A stretch of 62,179 nucleotides of DNA, counting the filler. It is 5 parts of 5 records of this genome, joined end to end, with 100 filler letters (N's around TTAATTAATTAA, not from the genome) between each part and the next. Parts side by side here need not be neighbours in the genome. Positions count along the whole stretch, not along the records: positions 1 to 30,560 come from SRR31156797_13735; 4 more parts are not named here. One strand, given 5' to 3'. Shown here piece after piece: positions 9,699 through 19,143 of this stretch. The notes under the pieces were generated by a model. It worked only from the letters and a program-made list of their open reading frames with translations. It searched no databases and was not told the DNA's origin. Position numbers and translations under genes: made by a program. How positions within the stretch are numbered: the first letter of the stretch is position 1; each line of letters starts with the position of its first letter.

Positions 9699-10571
9699 AT
9701 GAAAAATAAAATATTATTAATACCCATGTTCTTGTTAATAGCTGTTTTCTTGTCAGCAAACAGTGCCTATGCGGGTTCCGTAACTCCATATGTTGTACCT
9801 CAAGAACAAAACCTATTGTCTGATGATAGCTGGGAATTTTTATCAGGGGACAATTCAACAGTTGATGTCGGAGATGTTCTCTACAGTGTTCTGAAATTCG
9901 CCCAATTAAAAAACAGCGATTATACAGGGGGGCTAAACTATTCTGACACTTCCACGGAATGGAACCATGAGCTTACGGCTTATGTTGCGGTTCAGGTAGA
10001 AACAAAGGATTTCGACGACGAAACAGGATTGTATACCTGGACTTTCGGGGCAGCAGACGGCAGCACAGAAGATAATGACATAACAGGTACCGTGGCCTGG
10101 TTCTATAGTGACGCCAGCAATGATTTTGATGTATATGACACCTGGGCTGCTACAAAAGCGTCGGCGACTAATGGCAACCTTTTTTGGGAATTAGGATTTC
10201 TGGGGTTAGACGGTGAGGGCTGGGTTGCTACCGCCGGTACCGACGACATAGATGCCCTTGGCTCACTGACTTCCTCAAATGCGGGGCAGTATAATTTAGC
10301 ACTTAATGTCACCGGCACCGATGGTGTGGGGCCGGAATTATTGAGAACCCAGTCAAATTCGATTGTAAACTTAGCCTACGGCTATGGCGACGATGCAACA
10401 ACGGATGTGGCGGGGAATGGTAATTTTGTTGCTCCTGAAGAATTTACCCCGGATTGGGTACAGGCTGAAGATGATGTTAACATCAGCTTTATGCCCATAC
10501 CCGAACCGGCAACAATGATGCTGTTCGGGCTCGGCCTGCTTGGTCTTGCAGGAGTTTCCAGAAAAAAATAG
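9699..10571 (+). CDS. PEP-CTERM sorting-domain surface protein
   Basis: Signal peptide (SAYA), acidic D/T/S-rich body, and C-terminal PIPEPATMMLFGLGLLGLAGVSRKK. Confidence 0.95.
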   Translation: MKNKILLIPMFLLIAVFLSANSAYAGSVTPYVVPQEQNLLSDDSWEFLSGDNSTVDVGDVLYSVLKFAQLKNSDYTGGLNYSDTSTEWNHELTAYVAVQVETKDFDDETGLYTWTFGAADGSTEDNDITGTVAWFYSDASNDFDVYDTWAATKASATNGNLFWELGFLGLDGEGWVATAGTDDIDALGSLTSSNAGQYNLALNVTGTDGVGPELLRTQSNSIVNLAYGYGDDATTDVAGNGNFVAPEEFTPDWVQAEDDVNISFMPIPEPATMMLFGLGLLGLAGVSRKK

Positions 10572-10594
10572 TTTAAACTTTCAAAACCATAATT

Positions 10595-10637
10595 AAATAA
10601 AGCCGGATGTTTGTTTAAGCATCCGGCTTTATTTTTT
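10595..10637 (+). terminator. Intrinsic terminator
   Basis: AAATAAAGCCGGATG-loop-CATCCGGCTTTATTTTTT. The right arm is repeated at about 10647-10663. Confidence 0.8.
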
Positions 10638-10709
10638 GTATATCTTTTAAGCATCCGGCTTTTGTTGTATACCTAAAATCATTAATATCTTTAATAAGAA
10701 GGTTAAATT

Positions 10710-11582
10710 ATGCCTAGTATAGCTCTGATACCGATTATTTTTAGGGAATTAATGGGGAACCGGGAATTTCCCAGGGAGCCGGAGCCGGTCCTGGTCATGG
10801 ACGATGAGGACCAGGTCAAGGCCTATGAAGAAGCCGGAAGAATTGACGGGGTAATGTCCGCCTCCTATCTGTTCCAGGGAGCCAGAATCTCCCAGGTCAT
10901 CCAGGGGAAAAAAAAGGTGGTTGATCTTGCCTGCGGCCCTGCCACCCAGCTCTGTCTGGTGGCGGAACTGAATCCGGAAATCGACTTTCTGGGCATTGAT
11001 TTTTCGGAAACCATGCTGGAAAGCGCCAGGAAATACGCTGGAGGAAAACAGCTTAAGAACATTGAATTCCAAAGAGGGGATATCTCGGATCTGGCACAGA
11101 TCCGGGATAATGCCTGCGACGGGGTCATTTCCACCATGGCCCTCCACCATCTGCCCACCCTGGGCCATCTTGAGGACTGCTTTAAGGAAATCAGCCGGAT
11201 CCTCTCTCCGGGGGGCAGCCTCTACCTTACGGATTTCGGCCGGTTAAAATATCTGAAATCCGTGCTCTATTTTGCCTATATGAATAGGAAATACCAGCCC
11301 CATATTTTTTCCCTGGATTATGAAAGATCACTGAGGGCGGCCTTTCTCAAAGCGGATTTCCAGGCGATCAAATCCAGGCATCTTCCCTCATATGAACTTT
11401 TGTCCACCTTTCTTTTCCCCTTGCTTATCGTCATAAAAAGCCAGGACCTTCCCCTTGAAAGGGGACTGGCTCAAAACCTGAAACAGAGAAGGGCGGAGCT
11501 CTCACCCAAATACAAAAAAATACTGGATGACATCCGGTTTCTTTTTAAGATGGGGGGGCTTAAAAACGATCCTTTCAATTAG
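10710..11582 (+). CDS. Class I SAM-dependent methyltransferase
   Basis: VVDLACGPA (motif I), GIDFSETML, ISTMALHHL, ILSPGG. Confidence 0.9.
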   Translation: MPSIALIPIIFRELMGNREFPREPEPVLVMDDEDQVKAYEEAGRIDGVMSASYLFQGARISQVIQGKKKVVDLACGPATQLCLVAELNPEIDFLGIDFSETMLESARKYAGGKQLKNIEFQRGDISDLAQIRDNACDGVISTMALHHLPTLGHLEDCFKEISRILSPGGSLYLTDFGRLKYLKSVLYFAYMNRKYQPHIFSLDYERSLRAAFLKADFQAIKSRHLPSYELLSTFLFPLLIVIKSQDLPLERGLAQNLKQRRAELSPKYKKILDDIRFLFKMGGLKNDPFN

Positions 11583-13626
11583 AGGAGGTGACCACTTGTC
11601 CCAATATCCGCCGGCCTGTCCGGTTCTGCTGGGGAGGGGCTTGGCCCAGCCTGAAAAACATCACGGGACAGGCTGAATCCAAAGGCTTTCCCGAGACCTG
11701 TTCAAATCCCTCTTTTATCCTTAAAATCATTTTCCGGTGCTCCGGCTTAAAATATTGGGCCCGGTTATGGTAATAATGATTGATTAAAAAGACAAACCCG
11801 GCCATGGGCTGGACAGCCAGGCCCAGGGAATTGGCCTGGATCCAGAACCGCTCCATCTTTCGGCCGGCCTCAACATACCCCTGGGAGTTCCTCTCCTTTA
11901 GGGTCAGCACCCCGTAAACCGGGGTTTTTTTCAACAGGGCAATGGAGTTGAATGCCATGGCCCGGCTGATCATGATCTTATTCATCATATTCTGGTATTT
12001 CCATTGGGAAAAGAAAGGAAAGATCTTTTTCTGGATCCATGATAGTTCCAAAACCCCCAGGTTCATCCCGTCCTTAGGGAAGAGCTCATCCCCCATGTGA
12101 ATGAATTTGAACAATCCCTGGTGAAGCCTTTTTTCCTCAAATAATACCCGGTCCGAAAGATAGACAATATCCTGGAGAATCTTTTTTTCTTTCGGGTTTT
12201 TCACCCATGTCATGCCCACGCCTTGGGAATCCGCAAAAATGGAATCAAGATCTTCAATCAGGCCGGGCTCCAGGGGGGCCTTACCATAGGGTTTCCGGTT
12301 AATGCACCGGTTGACGATAAAGGGGGCCAGGCGGTCAGGCTCACCAGCCTTTTCCTTGAATTCCACCCGGATGGAGACCTGTTTTTGATCTGAAAGGCAA
12401 ACCGTGTCAGGTAAGGTTTCCAGACCCATTTCCGAGGCGGCAATGGCCATATTTTCAACCAGGGCCCCGAATGTTATTAATGTGGATTCCTGGTTAATAT
12501 CGTAAAAAAACTGGGTTCTTTCAGGATCGCTTTCAATGTTCAGGGTGTTATTTTCCCAGGAAAAAAGCCAGGGCTGGCAATTATCTGCAGAAGGGGCCAG
12601 GACACCGGAACCCAGGATAAAATCCTGTGCAGCCCGGGTCAGAACAGGCTGGCCCGACCTTTCTTCAAAAAAAGGTCCGTCTGGTTTTTCAGGAACCAGA
12701 GGCGGTATGATTGGATCATTTTTTCCAAGCATTTTTCTGACAACCTTAAACTTAATCTGCTGGAGAAAATTTTTATTCCCGTTCACCAGCTTTTTCTTGT
12801 AATACTTTTGAACAAAGGGATCAAACTGGAAATAATAGGGAACCGGCTTCAGCCCCTTTCTTTTAAGTATTATCCGTATGGCTTCTGTACCGGCCATGGA
12901 AGAACAGAGCTGGCAGGCCAGGTTGAGGGAAGGCCCTTTCCCTGATTTAAAGCTCACCTTTGAGGTATCCATATACTTGAACTGAACCGCCTTGGGTGCC
13001 AGGCCCAGAGCAAAGGCAAGGTATTGCTCCTCGGATGTCATATCTTCGACAATATTAAAATACTCATCAAAGCCCATTCCCCTGTCAGGGGCAAAAATCA
13101 GCATGGCGGAACTAAAGCCCAAAGGCCCGGCCGTTATCACATGAACCCCTTTTTCCCTGGCCCGGGTAAAGAGCATCCGTCTTACATCAAAGGCAAAAAA
13201 GTCGAGGGAATCCAGCACCACATCAACCCCCTCAAGAAACTCATCCACCGTATCTTCAGTGATGCCCTGGGGAAACTCTTTGATGTCAATATAGGGATTG
13301 ACGCTCAATGCCTGTTCCTTCATCACTTCCATCTTGGGCCTGCCGAAATCCGGGACCCTGGCCCCGAACTGCCGGTTGACATTGGCGGGCTCATATACGT
13401 CAAAATCCGAAATATGAAACCGGCCAACTCCCGTACGGACCATGGTCATAAAATGGACACCGCCCACCCCGCCCATTCCGGGGATACCCACCTTTGCCCG
13501 GACAAGTCTGTCCTGTTCCTTCTGGGTAAACAAGCCGATATTCCGTGAAAATGCCTGCCCCGAATACTCTTTTTGGGACAGAATGCCATATCTTTCAAGT
13601 TTTTCCATTAAGGGCTTTATCTCCAT
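11575..13626 (-). CDS. ThiF-family adenylyltransferase / nitroreductase di-domain protein (OxzB oxazolone-synthetase-like architecture)
   Basis: ThiF motifs GMGGVGG, DFDVYEPANVNRQ, DVVLDSLD; nitroreductase motifs APSADNCQPW, RCINRKPY, GRKMERFWIQANSLGLAVQP, FRLG. Confidence 0.85.
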   Translation of the reverse strand: MEIKPLMEKLERYGILSQKEYSGQAFSRNIGLFTQKEQDRLVRAKVGIPGMGGVGGVHFMTMVRTGVGRFHISDFDVYEPANVNRQFGARVPDFGRPKMEVMKEQALSVNPYIDIKEFPQGITEDTVDEFLEGVDVVLDSLDFFAFDVRRMLFTRAREKGVHVITAGPLGFSSAMLIFAPDRGMGFDEYFNIVEDMTSEEQYLAFALGLAPKAVQFKYMDTSKVSFKSGKGPSLNLACQLCSSMAGTEAIRIILKRKGLKPVPYYFQFDPFVQKYYKKKLVNGNKNFLQQIKFKVVRKMLGKNDPIIPPLVPEKPDGPFFEERSGQPVLTRAAQDFILGSGVLAPSADNCQPWLFSWENNTLNIESDPERTQFFYDINQESTLITFGALVENMAIAASEMGLETLPDTVCLSDQKQVSIRVEFKEKAGEPDRLAPFIVNRCINRKPYGKAPLEPGLIEDLDSIFADSQGVGMTWVKNPKEKKILQDIVYLSDRVLFEEKRLHQGLFKFIHMGDELFPKDGMNLGVLELSWIQKKIFPFFSQWKYQNMMNKIMISRAMAFNSIALLKKTPVYGVLTLKERNSQGYVEAGRKMERFWIQANSLGLAVQPMAGFVFLINHYYHNRAQYFKPEHRKMILRIKEGFEQVSGKPLDSACPVMFFRLGQAPPQQNRTGRRILGQVVTSSN

Positions 13627-13639
13627 ATGGAACTCCTTT

Positions 13640-15907
13640 TTATTTTAAATCAGACCTCAGGTAAAGGACCGATGGAAGTACAATCAAATCACCTATTACG
13701 GCAGTGATCATGATAACGGCGCTGAGAACCCCGAAACTGACAATGGGGACAAACCGTGAGAACACCATCACCCCGAATCCTATGCAGAGTATACAGGATG
13801 AGGTAATAATGGCCCTTCCCTTCCGCCCCATGATCCGGTCAAGGGCTTCGGGTAAGGTCCGGCCCGAATCCCTCTGTCTTTTATACTCATATAAAAAATG
13901 GACCGTATCATCAACTGCAATTCCCAAAGCAACAGCGGAAATCAGGGATGTGGCCGTATTCAAGGGGATGTCAAATACCCCCATGATACCAAAATTCAGC
14001 ACAATGGGAAACAGGTTGGGGATAATGCTTAAACACCCCATCTTAACCGACCCCAGCACAAAAAACATAACCAATAAAATAATAAACGCGGCAAGGCCCA
14101 GGCTCAGAACCTGGCCTTTGACCAGGGAATCAATAACCACCACATCGTTCACTGCCCGTCCCGTCACCCTGATATCAAGTCCACGGCTGTCAAGGGTGGA
14201 TATAAAGCCCCTGATATTGTCAATCATCCGGCGCTGGTCACCGGAATTATAAACATGGGTCCTGGCCGATATCCGGGCATGGTCAAACTCCTCGGTCATA
14301 AAATCGTCAATATCCTCCGAATCATACAATAGCATATATTGTGATACCAATTGGCCGGAGTCGGGAATGGCATAAAAGGCCTTATCCTCATTGTTAAAGG
14401 ATTGGTGGATATCCTTGATAAAATCGGCATAGGAATTGACCACATCCACCCCGGGCTGACGGCTCATATACGCCTGAAGCGCCTCAATCACCCGGATATT
14501 TTCAGGATTTTTAAAGGCATCTGCCGCCCCGGATTTAAGGGAGACATCAATGGTACTGATACCGCTCAATTCGTTTTCCACCCAGGACAGGGAAATCCTC
14601 ACGGGACTGGTTTCCTTGAAAAATTCCAATAAATTGGTCTCGGCCCTGATGCTTGTCCCCATCCAGACGGAACCGGCAGCGCAGACAAAACTTATGAGAA
14701 TGACAGGCTTGGCAAAGGTTCTGGTCATCCCGTGGATGTTGTTCAGAAAAAAGGGCATCCATTTTTGCTCGCTCAGCCTGATAAAGACTTTTTTAGGCGG
14801 ACACAAAAGGATTAAAGGCGGAAGAAACAAAAATGAAAACAACAGCTCGAACACCATGCCTGCCGAAGCCATCAGGGCAAATTCCCGGATGGGCGGAATA
14901 TCACTGATGTACAGGGAAAAAAAACCTATGGCCGTGGTCAGGGTTGTCAGAAAACAGGGGGTGAAAACCGAATCCAGCACATGGAGAAGTGCCGCTTTTG
15001 TATCTTCCGACCGCTCAAGCACCTTTCTTTCCATATGGGCGAAAATATGGACGGTATCACACAGGGCCAAAGCCATAATCAGTGGCGGTACAATGGTTGT
15101 CACATTATTGAGCCTGATTCCACACATGGAAAACAGCCCGATGGTCGTCCCCAGACAGAGGGTAATATTTGCCAGGGCCAATAATGTCAGGGTGACACTG
15201 CCGAACATCAGGTAAACGCAAACGGTAATGAGTACATAGGCCAGAGGAATAAAAACCGTCATATCGTTTTTAAGATACTGGCTCAGGTAGAGGTTGGTTG
15301 CCGTCCAGCCGGCAATTTTAAATTCCGTATGACCACCAGTATCTTTGTAGGCATCAAGTATGTTTTCGCATTTTTCCATCAACCGTTTCCGGTAGCCCTC
15401 ATCCCCGTCCCTGTTAAAGGTGAAAACAATAATGGCAGCGGTTTTTCCGTCTTTGGAAATCAGGTTGTTCACATATAGGGGGTTATTCAATGCCGTCTCC
15501 TTCAAGACTGCCAACCCATCATCTGTCTCGGGAATATCTTCCAAAAACCTGCGGACTTCAAAGTAGAATTCATCCCCTAGGGTATCATCAATATTGGCAA
15601 GGCTTTTTACCTCTCGGACCTCCTCAACACCCTCTATTTTTTCTGTAATCTGTTTTAACAGCCTTAAATTTTCAGATGTAAATATGGTGTTTTTCTTAAA
15701 GGCTATGACGAAAAATTCATCGTTGCCGAAAACATCTTTAATATGGTCATAAAATTCCAGATCCGCATTGTTTTCAATGGTAAAATAATCCACATTGTCA
15801 ACGGTTTTAACACTTGGAGCATAAAATAGAAAAACAAGGGCCACCCCCAGTGACAGGAACAGTGAAATCCGGTTATGTTTCAATATGATATCAAGTCTGT
15901 TTTTCAT
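13640..15907 (-). CDS. MMPL/RND-family lipid transporter
   Basis: Two repeated TM halves with ALCDTVH and GIAVDDTVH; TTAIGF. Confidence 0.9.
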   Translation of the reverse strand: MKNRLDIILKHNRISLFLSLGVALVFLFYAPSVKTVDNVDYFTIENNADLEFYDHIKDVFGNDEFFVIAFKKNTIFTSENLRLLKQITEKIEGVEEVREVKSLANIDDTLGDEFYFEVRRFLEDIPETDDGLAVLKETALNNPLYVNNLISKDGKTAAIIVFTFNRDGDEGYRKRLMEKCENILDAYKDTGGHTEFKIAGWTATNLYLSQYLKNDMTVFIPLAYVLITVCVYLMFGSVTLTLLALANITLCLGTTIGLFSMCGIRLNNVTTIVPPLIMALALCDTVHIFAHMERKVLERSEDTKAALLHVLDSVFTPCFLTTLTTAIGFFSLYISDIPPIREFALMASAGMVFELLFSFLFLPPLILLCPPKKVFIRLSEQKWMPFFLNNIHGMTRTFAKPVILISFVCAAGSVWMGTSIRAETNLLEFFKETSPVRISLSWVENELSGISTIDVSLKSGAADAFKNPENIRVIEALQAYMSRQPGVDVVNSYADFIKDIHQSFNNEDKAFYAIPDSGQLVSQYMLLYDSEDIDDFMTEEFDHARISARTHVYNSGDQRRMIDNIRGFISTLDSRGLDIRVTGRAVNDVVVIDSLVKGQVLSLGLAAFIILLVMFFVLGSVKMGCLSIIPNLFPIVLNFGIMGVFDIPLNTATSLISAVALGIAVDDTVHFLYEYKRQRDSGRTLPEALDRIMGRKGRAIITSSCILCIGFGVMVFSRFVPIVSFGVLSAVIMITAVIGDLIVLPSVLYLRSDLK

Positions 15908-15916
15908 CTTTTTTTC

Positions 15917-15945
15917 TTGACTTCATTAAGGGTTCAAAATATTCT
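15917..15945 (+). promoter_or_regulatory. sigma70-type promoter for the acyltransferase
   Basis: TTGACT-N17-TATTCT. Confidence 0.5.
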
Positions 15946-16000
15946 GACGGTATCATGAAGTAATTTTTTTATCCACACCAAACCAAGTGCGGGAGTTCTG

Positions 16001-16735
16001 ATGTTCGAATATGGAAAATTCAAATTTTTAGATGCCTCTGGTGATGAAAATTTGAAAAAACAAATTTTTCGATTAAGGTACGAAGTCTACGCTCTGGAGT
16101 TTGGATTTGAAAATCCTTACGATTTTCCCGATAAACTGGAGCAGGATGAATTTGATGCCCACTCATGCCACTTTGCGGCCCTGAACGAATATGACGAGAT
16201 CATCGGGACCGTGAGAATGATTCTGGATTCCCCCCAGGGGTTTCCCGTTGAGCATGCATCAGAAATAACAGACTTTAAAGACAAGCCGGAACCCCGATAT
16301 ATCACAGAGGTGTCACGGCTGGCCGTTTCCAAAACCATGCGCCGGAGGCCTGAAGACGGGATGCACGGGGTAGAATCCTATATCCCTGAATCCCAGGGAG
16401 GTGTTTCCGATGTTCCCAATGGAAATCCGGGCATTGAAAAACGGCAGAAGCCGGTTATCATCCTCGGCCTTTATAAAACCGTTTACCTCAAATGCAAGGA
16501 ACTGGGCATCTCCCATATGTACATGATAACGGAAGATAAATTATTCCATGCATTGTATAAGTTCGGCTTTGTATTCACCCAGGTCGGGGCCTCGGTTGAA
16601 TACCACGGAAAAAGGACCCCCTATGCCACCTCCTGGGAGACCATAGAAGGGCATATGCACCAGCACCACCCGGACCTGCTGGACTTTCTTGTTTTCGGCC
16701 TTGACCCCAGCCACCGTCCCAAAATCCTGGATTAA
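16001..16735 (+). CDS. PEP-CTERM/exosortase-associated N-acyl amino acid synthase (ExoAT, FeeM-like GNAT)
   Basis: FRLRYEVY..E.GFE, EQDEFDAHS, IGTVRMI, EVSRLAVSK..RRR, VEYHGKRTPY. Confidence 0.88.
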   Translation: MFEYGKFKFLDASGDENLKKQIFRLRYEVYALEFGFENPYDFPDKLEQDEFDAHSCHFAALNEYDEIIGTVRMILDSPQGFPVEHASEITDFKDKPEPRYITEVSRLAVSKTMRRRPEDGMHGVESYIPESQGGVSDVPNGNPGIEKRQKPVIILGLYKTVYLKCKELGISHMYMITEDKLFHALYKFGFVFTQVGASVEYHGKRTPYATSWETIEGHMHQHHPDLLDFLVFGLDPSHRPKILD

Positions 16736-18705
16736 CCTCCTCCGGCGTTCCCCTCTTTTTCACTGATCATTTTTCGTATATCTCCCAAACGGCCAAAGCA
16801 CTCCTCCATTCCGATCCGCATCAGGGAAAGACCCCGGTGAAAATCATCCCAGGCATAGTCCTCCACCTCCGGGTAGAGGACCAGATCGGCAGATTTCACA
16901 AAATCACCCGTGGCCCGGCCATGGACGATGCTGATGGTCTGGGATACGATTTTTTTAAGCCCCGGGGATTTTTCCCCTTCCCTGTGGCAGCCTCCCCTGG
17001 GTTCAATGCTGACGGCAATGACCATATCCGCCCCTTTTCTCAGCAGCACATCCACGGGAACGGGATTCAAAAGGCCTCCGTCCACCATCCACCGGCCATT
17101 GTGTTTAAAGGGGTCGAACACGGCAGGGATGGCAATGCTGGAGCGGACCGCATCGGTCACACTCCCGGTTTCAAAAATCACCTCTTCTCCGTTTAAAATA
17201 TCCACCCCCACGATAAAGGCTGGAATCTGGAGATCCAAAAAGTCGGCATTGTTAACTGCGTTCCGTACAAGATCCGCAGCCTTCTGTCCTTTAAGAAGCC
17301 CTTTTCTGGGAAGGGTATAGTCAAATATCTTCCGCCTGGCATCGGCCCTATTGGCAAAAAGGTCAATGGTGGACCGCTTCAGGGCTTCAACCGATGCCGT
17401 GGCCGCATAAATCCCCCCCACAAGGGCCCCCATACTGGCACCGGAAATCATATCAATATGAATACCGGCATCTTCCAGCACCTTTAATATCCCGATATGG
17501 GCCCATCCTCTGGCGGCACCGGCCCCAAGGGCAAGGCCCAGGCGGATGCCGGCGATCTCCCTTGCCACGGCCCTGGCCCCTTTCACCGGAAAGCATTTGC
17601 AGGTATCAATCCGATCTTCAAAGGCCTTGCCGGACCGGTCCACCCAGATACTGGGGGTTTCGGAAAGGCCCAACCGGTCTTTCAGGTCCCTGCGAACCAT
17701 CCCTTTTTCACCATATAAATGACTTACCCCGACTCGTATTCGCCCTAAATAAGAACTTGCACCGCATATGCCTTCCAGTTCCGAGATCCGTTTTTTAACA
17801 TGGCTTATTTTTTCCCTTGTATTGTGTATGAGCAGCAGGGTTCGGTCACAAAGCCTGACAAACAAACACTCCATCTCATTGAGATGGTGTGTCAGGTTGA
17901 CAAAGATAACATCATAGCTTTCCTTAATTCCGGACATAATGACAGGCAGAATTTCCGATAACCGGTCTGAAAAACCGGTTTTCAGCTGAAGAACGTCAAA
18001 GCCGGATCTGTGGGAATACCAATGGATATCTTCAGGCCGATAACTGTCATCGGGAAGAAGTTTGAAAAGGTCGGGGTCCGGGCATTCAATCCGGGCCAAC
18101 TCATATTTTTCCATAATTCTGCCGGCACCCAGATGGGGTTCAATAACAAGCACCTTTTTCTTTGATTCATCTGATATGTGGAATGAAACAGAATAAAGAA
18201 AATGGGAAACCCCCAGATTTTTTCCGGTGGCAGACACGGCATAGAAAACAGGGGTTTTCTGTGTTCTGCCATGGTCACTCTTTTTTTCCATGGCCATGCG
18301 TTTTGCATACTGCCGGCTCAGGTACAGCCCGATGCTTTTATTCTGTTGGATCAGAAGGTCAAAATTCTTCCTGGTCAGACAAAAAATAGCGGCATCCAGA
18401 GAGGTTTTTGCCGTTGCATTTCTCGGTTCATTGGAAAGAAGCGATATCTCCCCGAAAAAATCCCCCCGTTTCAACTCTGAAATATAAACGCCCTGGTGGC
18501 CGATTTCCTTGTACAAAGAAACCATGCCGGTATGGATAACATACATGGTGTCCCCGACATCGCCCTGCCGGCAGATGATGTCACCTTTTTGAAAAGTTTG
18601 TCTTGTAAACAACCCTGCAATTTTTTTCACCTGTTCATTGGGGACAGATGAAAACAGGGGAATTTTTGACAGAAAATCTACAAGGTCTCGTACATCTGTT
18701 TCCAT
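16732..18705 (-). CDS. cNMP-binding + degenerate MinD/ParA-like + patatin phospholipase fusion
   Basis: cNMP motif FFGEISLL..EPRNAT; middle VSATGKNLGVS..KKVLVI; patatin GAGAARG, GASMG, DGG. Confidence 0.85.
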   Translation of the reverse strand: METDVRDLVDFLSKIPLFSSVPNEQVKKIAGLFTRQTFQKGDIICRQGDVGDTMYVIHTGMVSLYKEIGHQGVYISELKRGDFFGEISLLSNEPRNATAKTSLDAAIFCLTRKNFDLLIQQNKSIGLYLSRQYAKRMAMEKKSDHGRTQKTPVFYAVSATGKNLGVSHFLYSVSFHISDESKKKVLVIEPHLGAGRIMEKYELARIECPDPDLFKLLPDDSYRPEDIHWYSHRSGFDVLQLKTGFSDRLSEILPVIMSGIKESYDVIFVNLTHHLNEMECLFVRLCDRTLLLIHNTREKISHVKKRISELEGICGASSYLGRIRVGVSHLYGEKGMVRRDLKDRLGLSETPSIWVDRSGKAFEDRIDTCKCFPVKGARAVAREIAGIRLGLALGAGAARGWAHIGILKVLEDAGIHIDMISGASMGALVGGIYAATASVEALKRSTIDLFANRADARRKIFDYTLPRKGLLKGQKAADLVRNAVNNADFLDLQIPAFIVGVDILNGEEVIFETGSVTDAVRSSIAIPAVFDPFKHNGRWMVDGGLLNPVPVDVLLRKGADMVIAVSIEPRGGCHREGEKSPGLKKIVSQTISIVHGRATGDFVKSADLVLYPEVEDYAWDDFHRGLSLMRIGMEECFGRLGDIRKMISEKEGNAGGG

Positions 18706-18769
18706 GGCATACCGGACCCATCATTAAACGTTTATATTGAACTGATTTTCAGGCTGTAAGTTTCAACTA

Positions 18770-19133
18770 TTATAATTGCTTACGAAAAAAAAAACTACCC
18801 GTCATTTTTAATTTGAACACTGCGATACCGCAGACAGCCCCAAAAGCGTTCAGATAGATATCACCGCCCTAGTCCATGACAAAAAATTGATGAAATTCGT
18901 CGGGGCAGTCGTAAAAACTGTGATGAAAAGGGAAAAAATAATGGCCGGAAGGGTCAGATGGCCGTTAGACGTAAGGAAAGGGTTCCGTAAAACGGAACAT
19001 GAAGCAGATTTTTAAATGCCGGATCAGGATTGGTCAGAAACATAATATTATCCGGCCCACTGCCCATGAGAATGGAATACTCGATAAAAATGAGCACCAT
19101 GAGCGAAACGGGCCAGATAAATTATTCTTTCAT
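18770..19133 (-). pseudogene. vanZ: Degraded VanZ-family gene
   Basis: Fragments MKE*FIWPVSLMVLIF..NLLHVPFYGTL..*, FITVFYDCPDEFHQFFVMD* and DIYLNAFGAVCGIAV, broken by stops and indels. Confidence 0.7.
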
Positions 19134-19143
19134 TCAGATCAAA

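Noticed and set aside
10647-10663. Duplicate of the terminator right arm as a regulatory switch
   Set aside because: A short local duplication explains it; nothing supports regulation.
11575-18705. ThiF (E1-like) plus patatin as a CBASS/ubiquitin-like defence system
   Set aside because: No CD-NTase, E2 or JAB on this contig, and the ThiF is fused to a nitroreductase. radC and moaD lie on other contigs.
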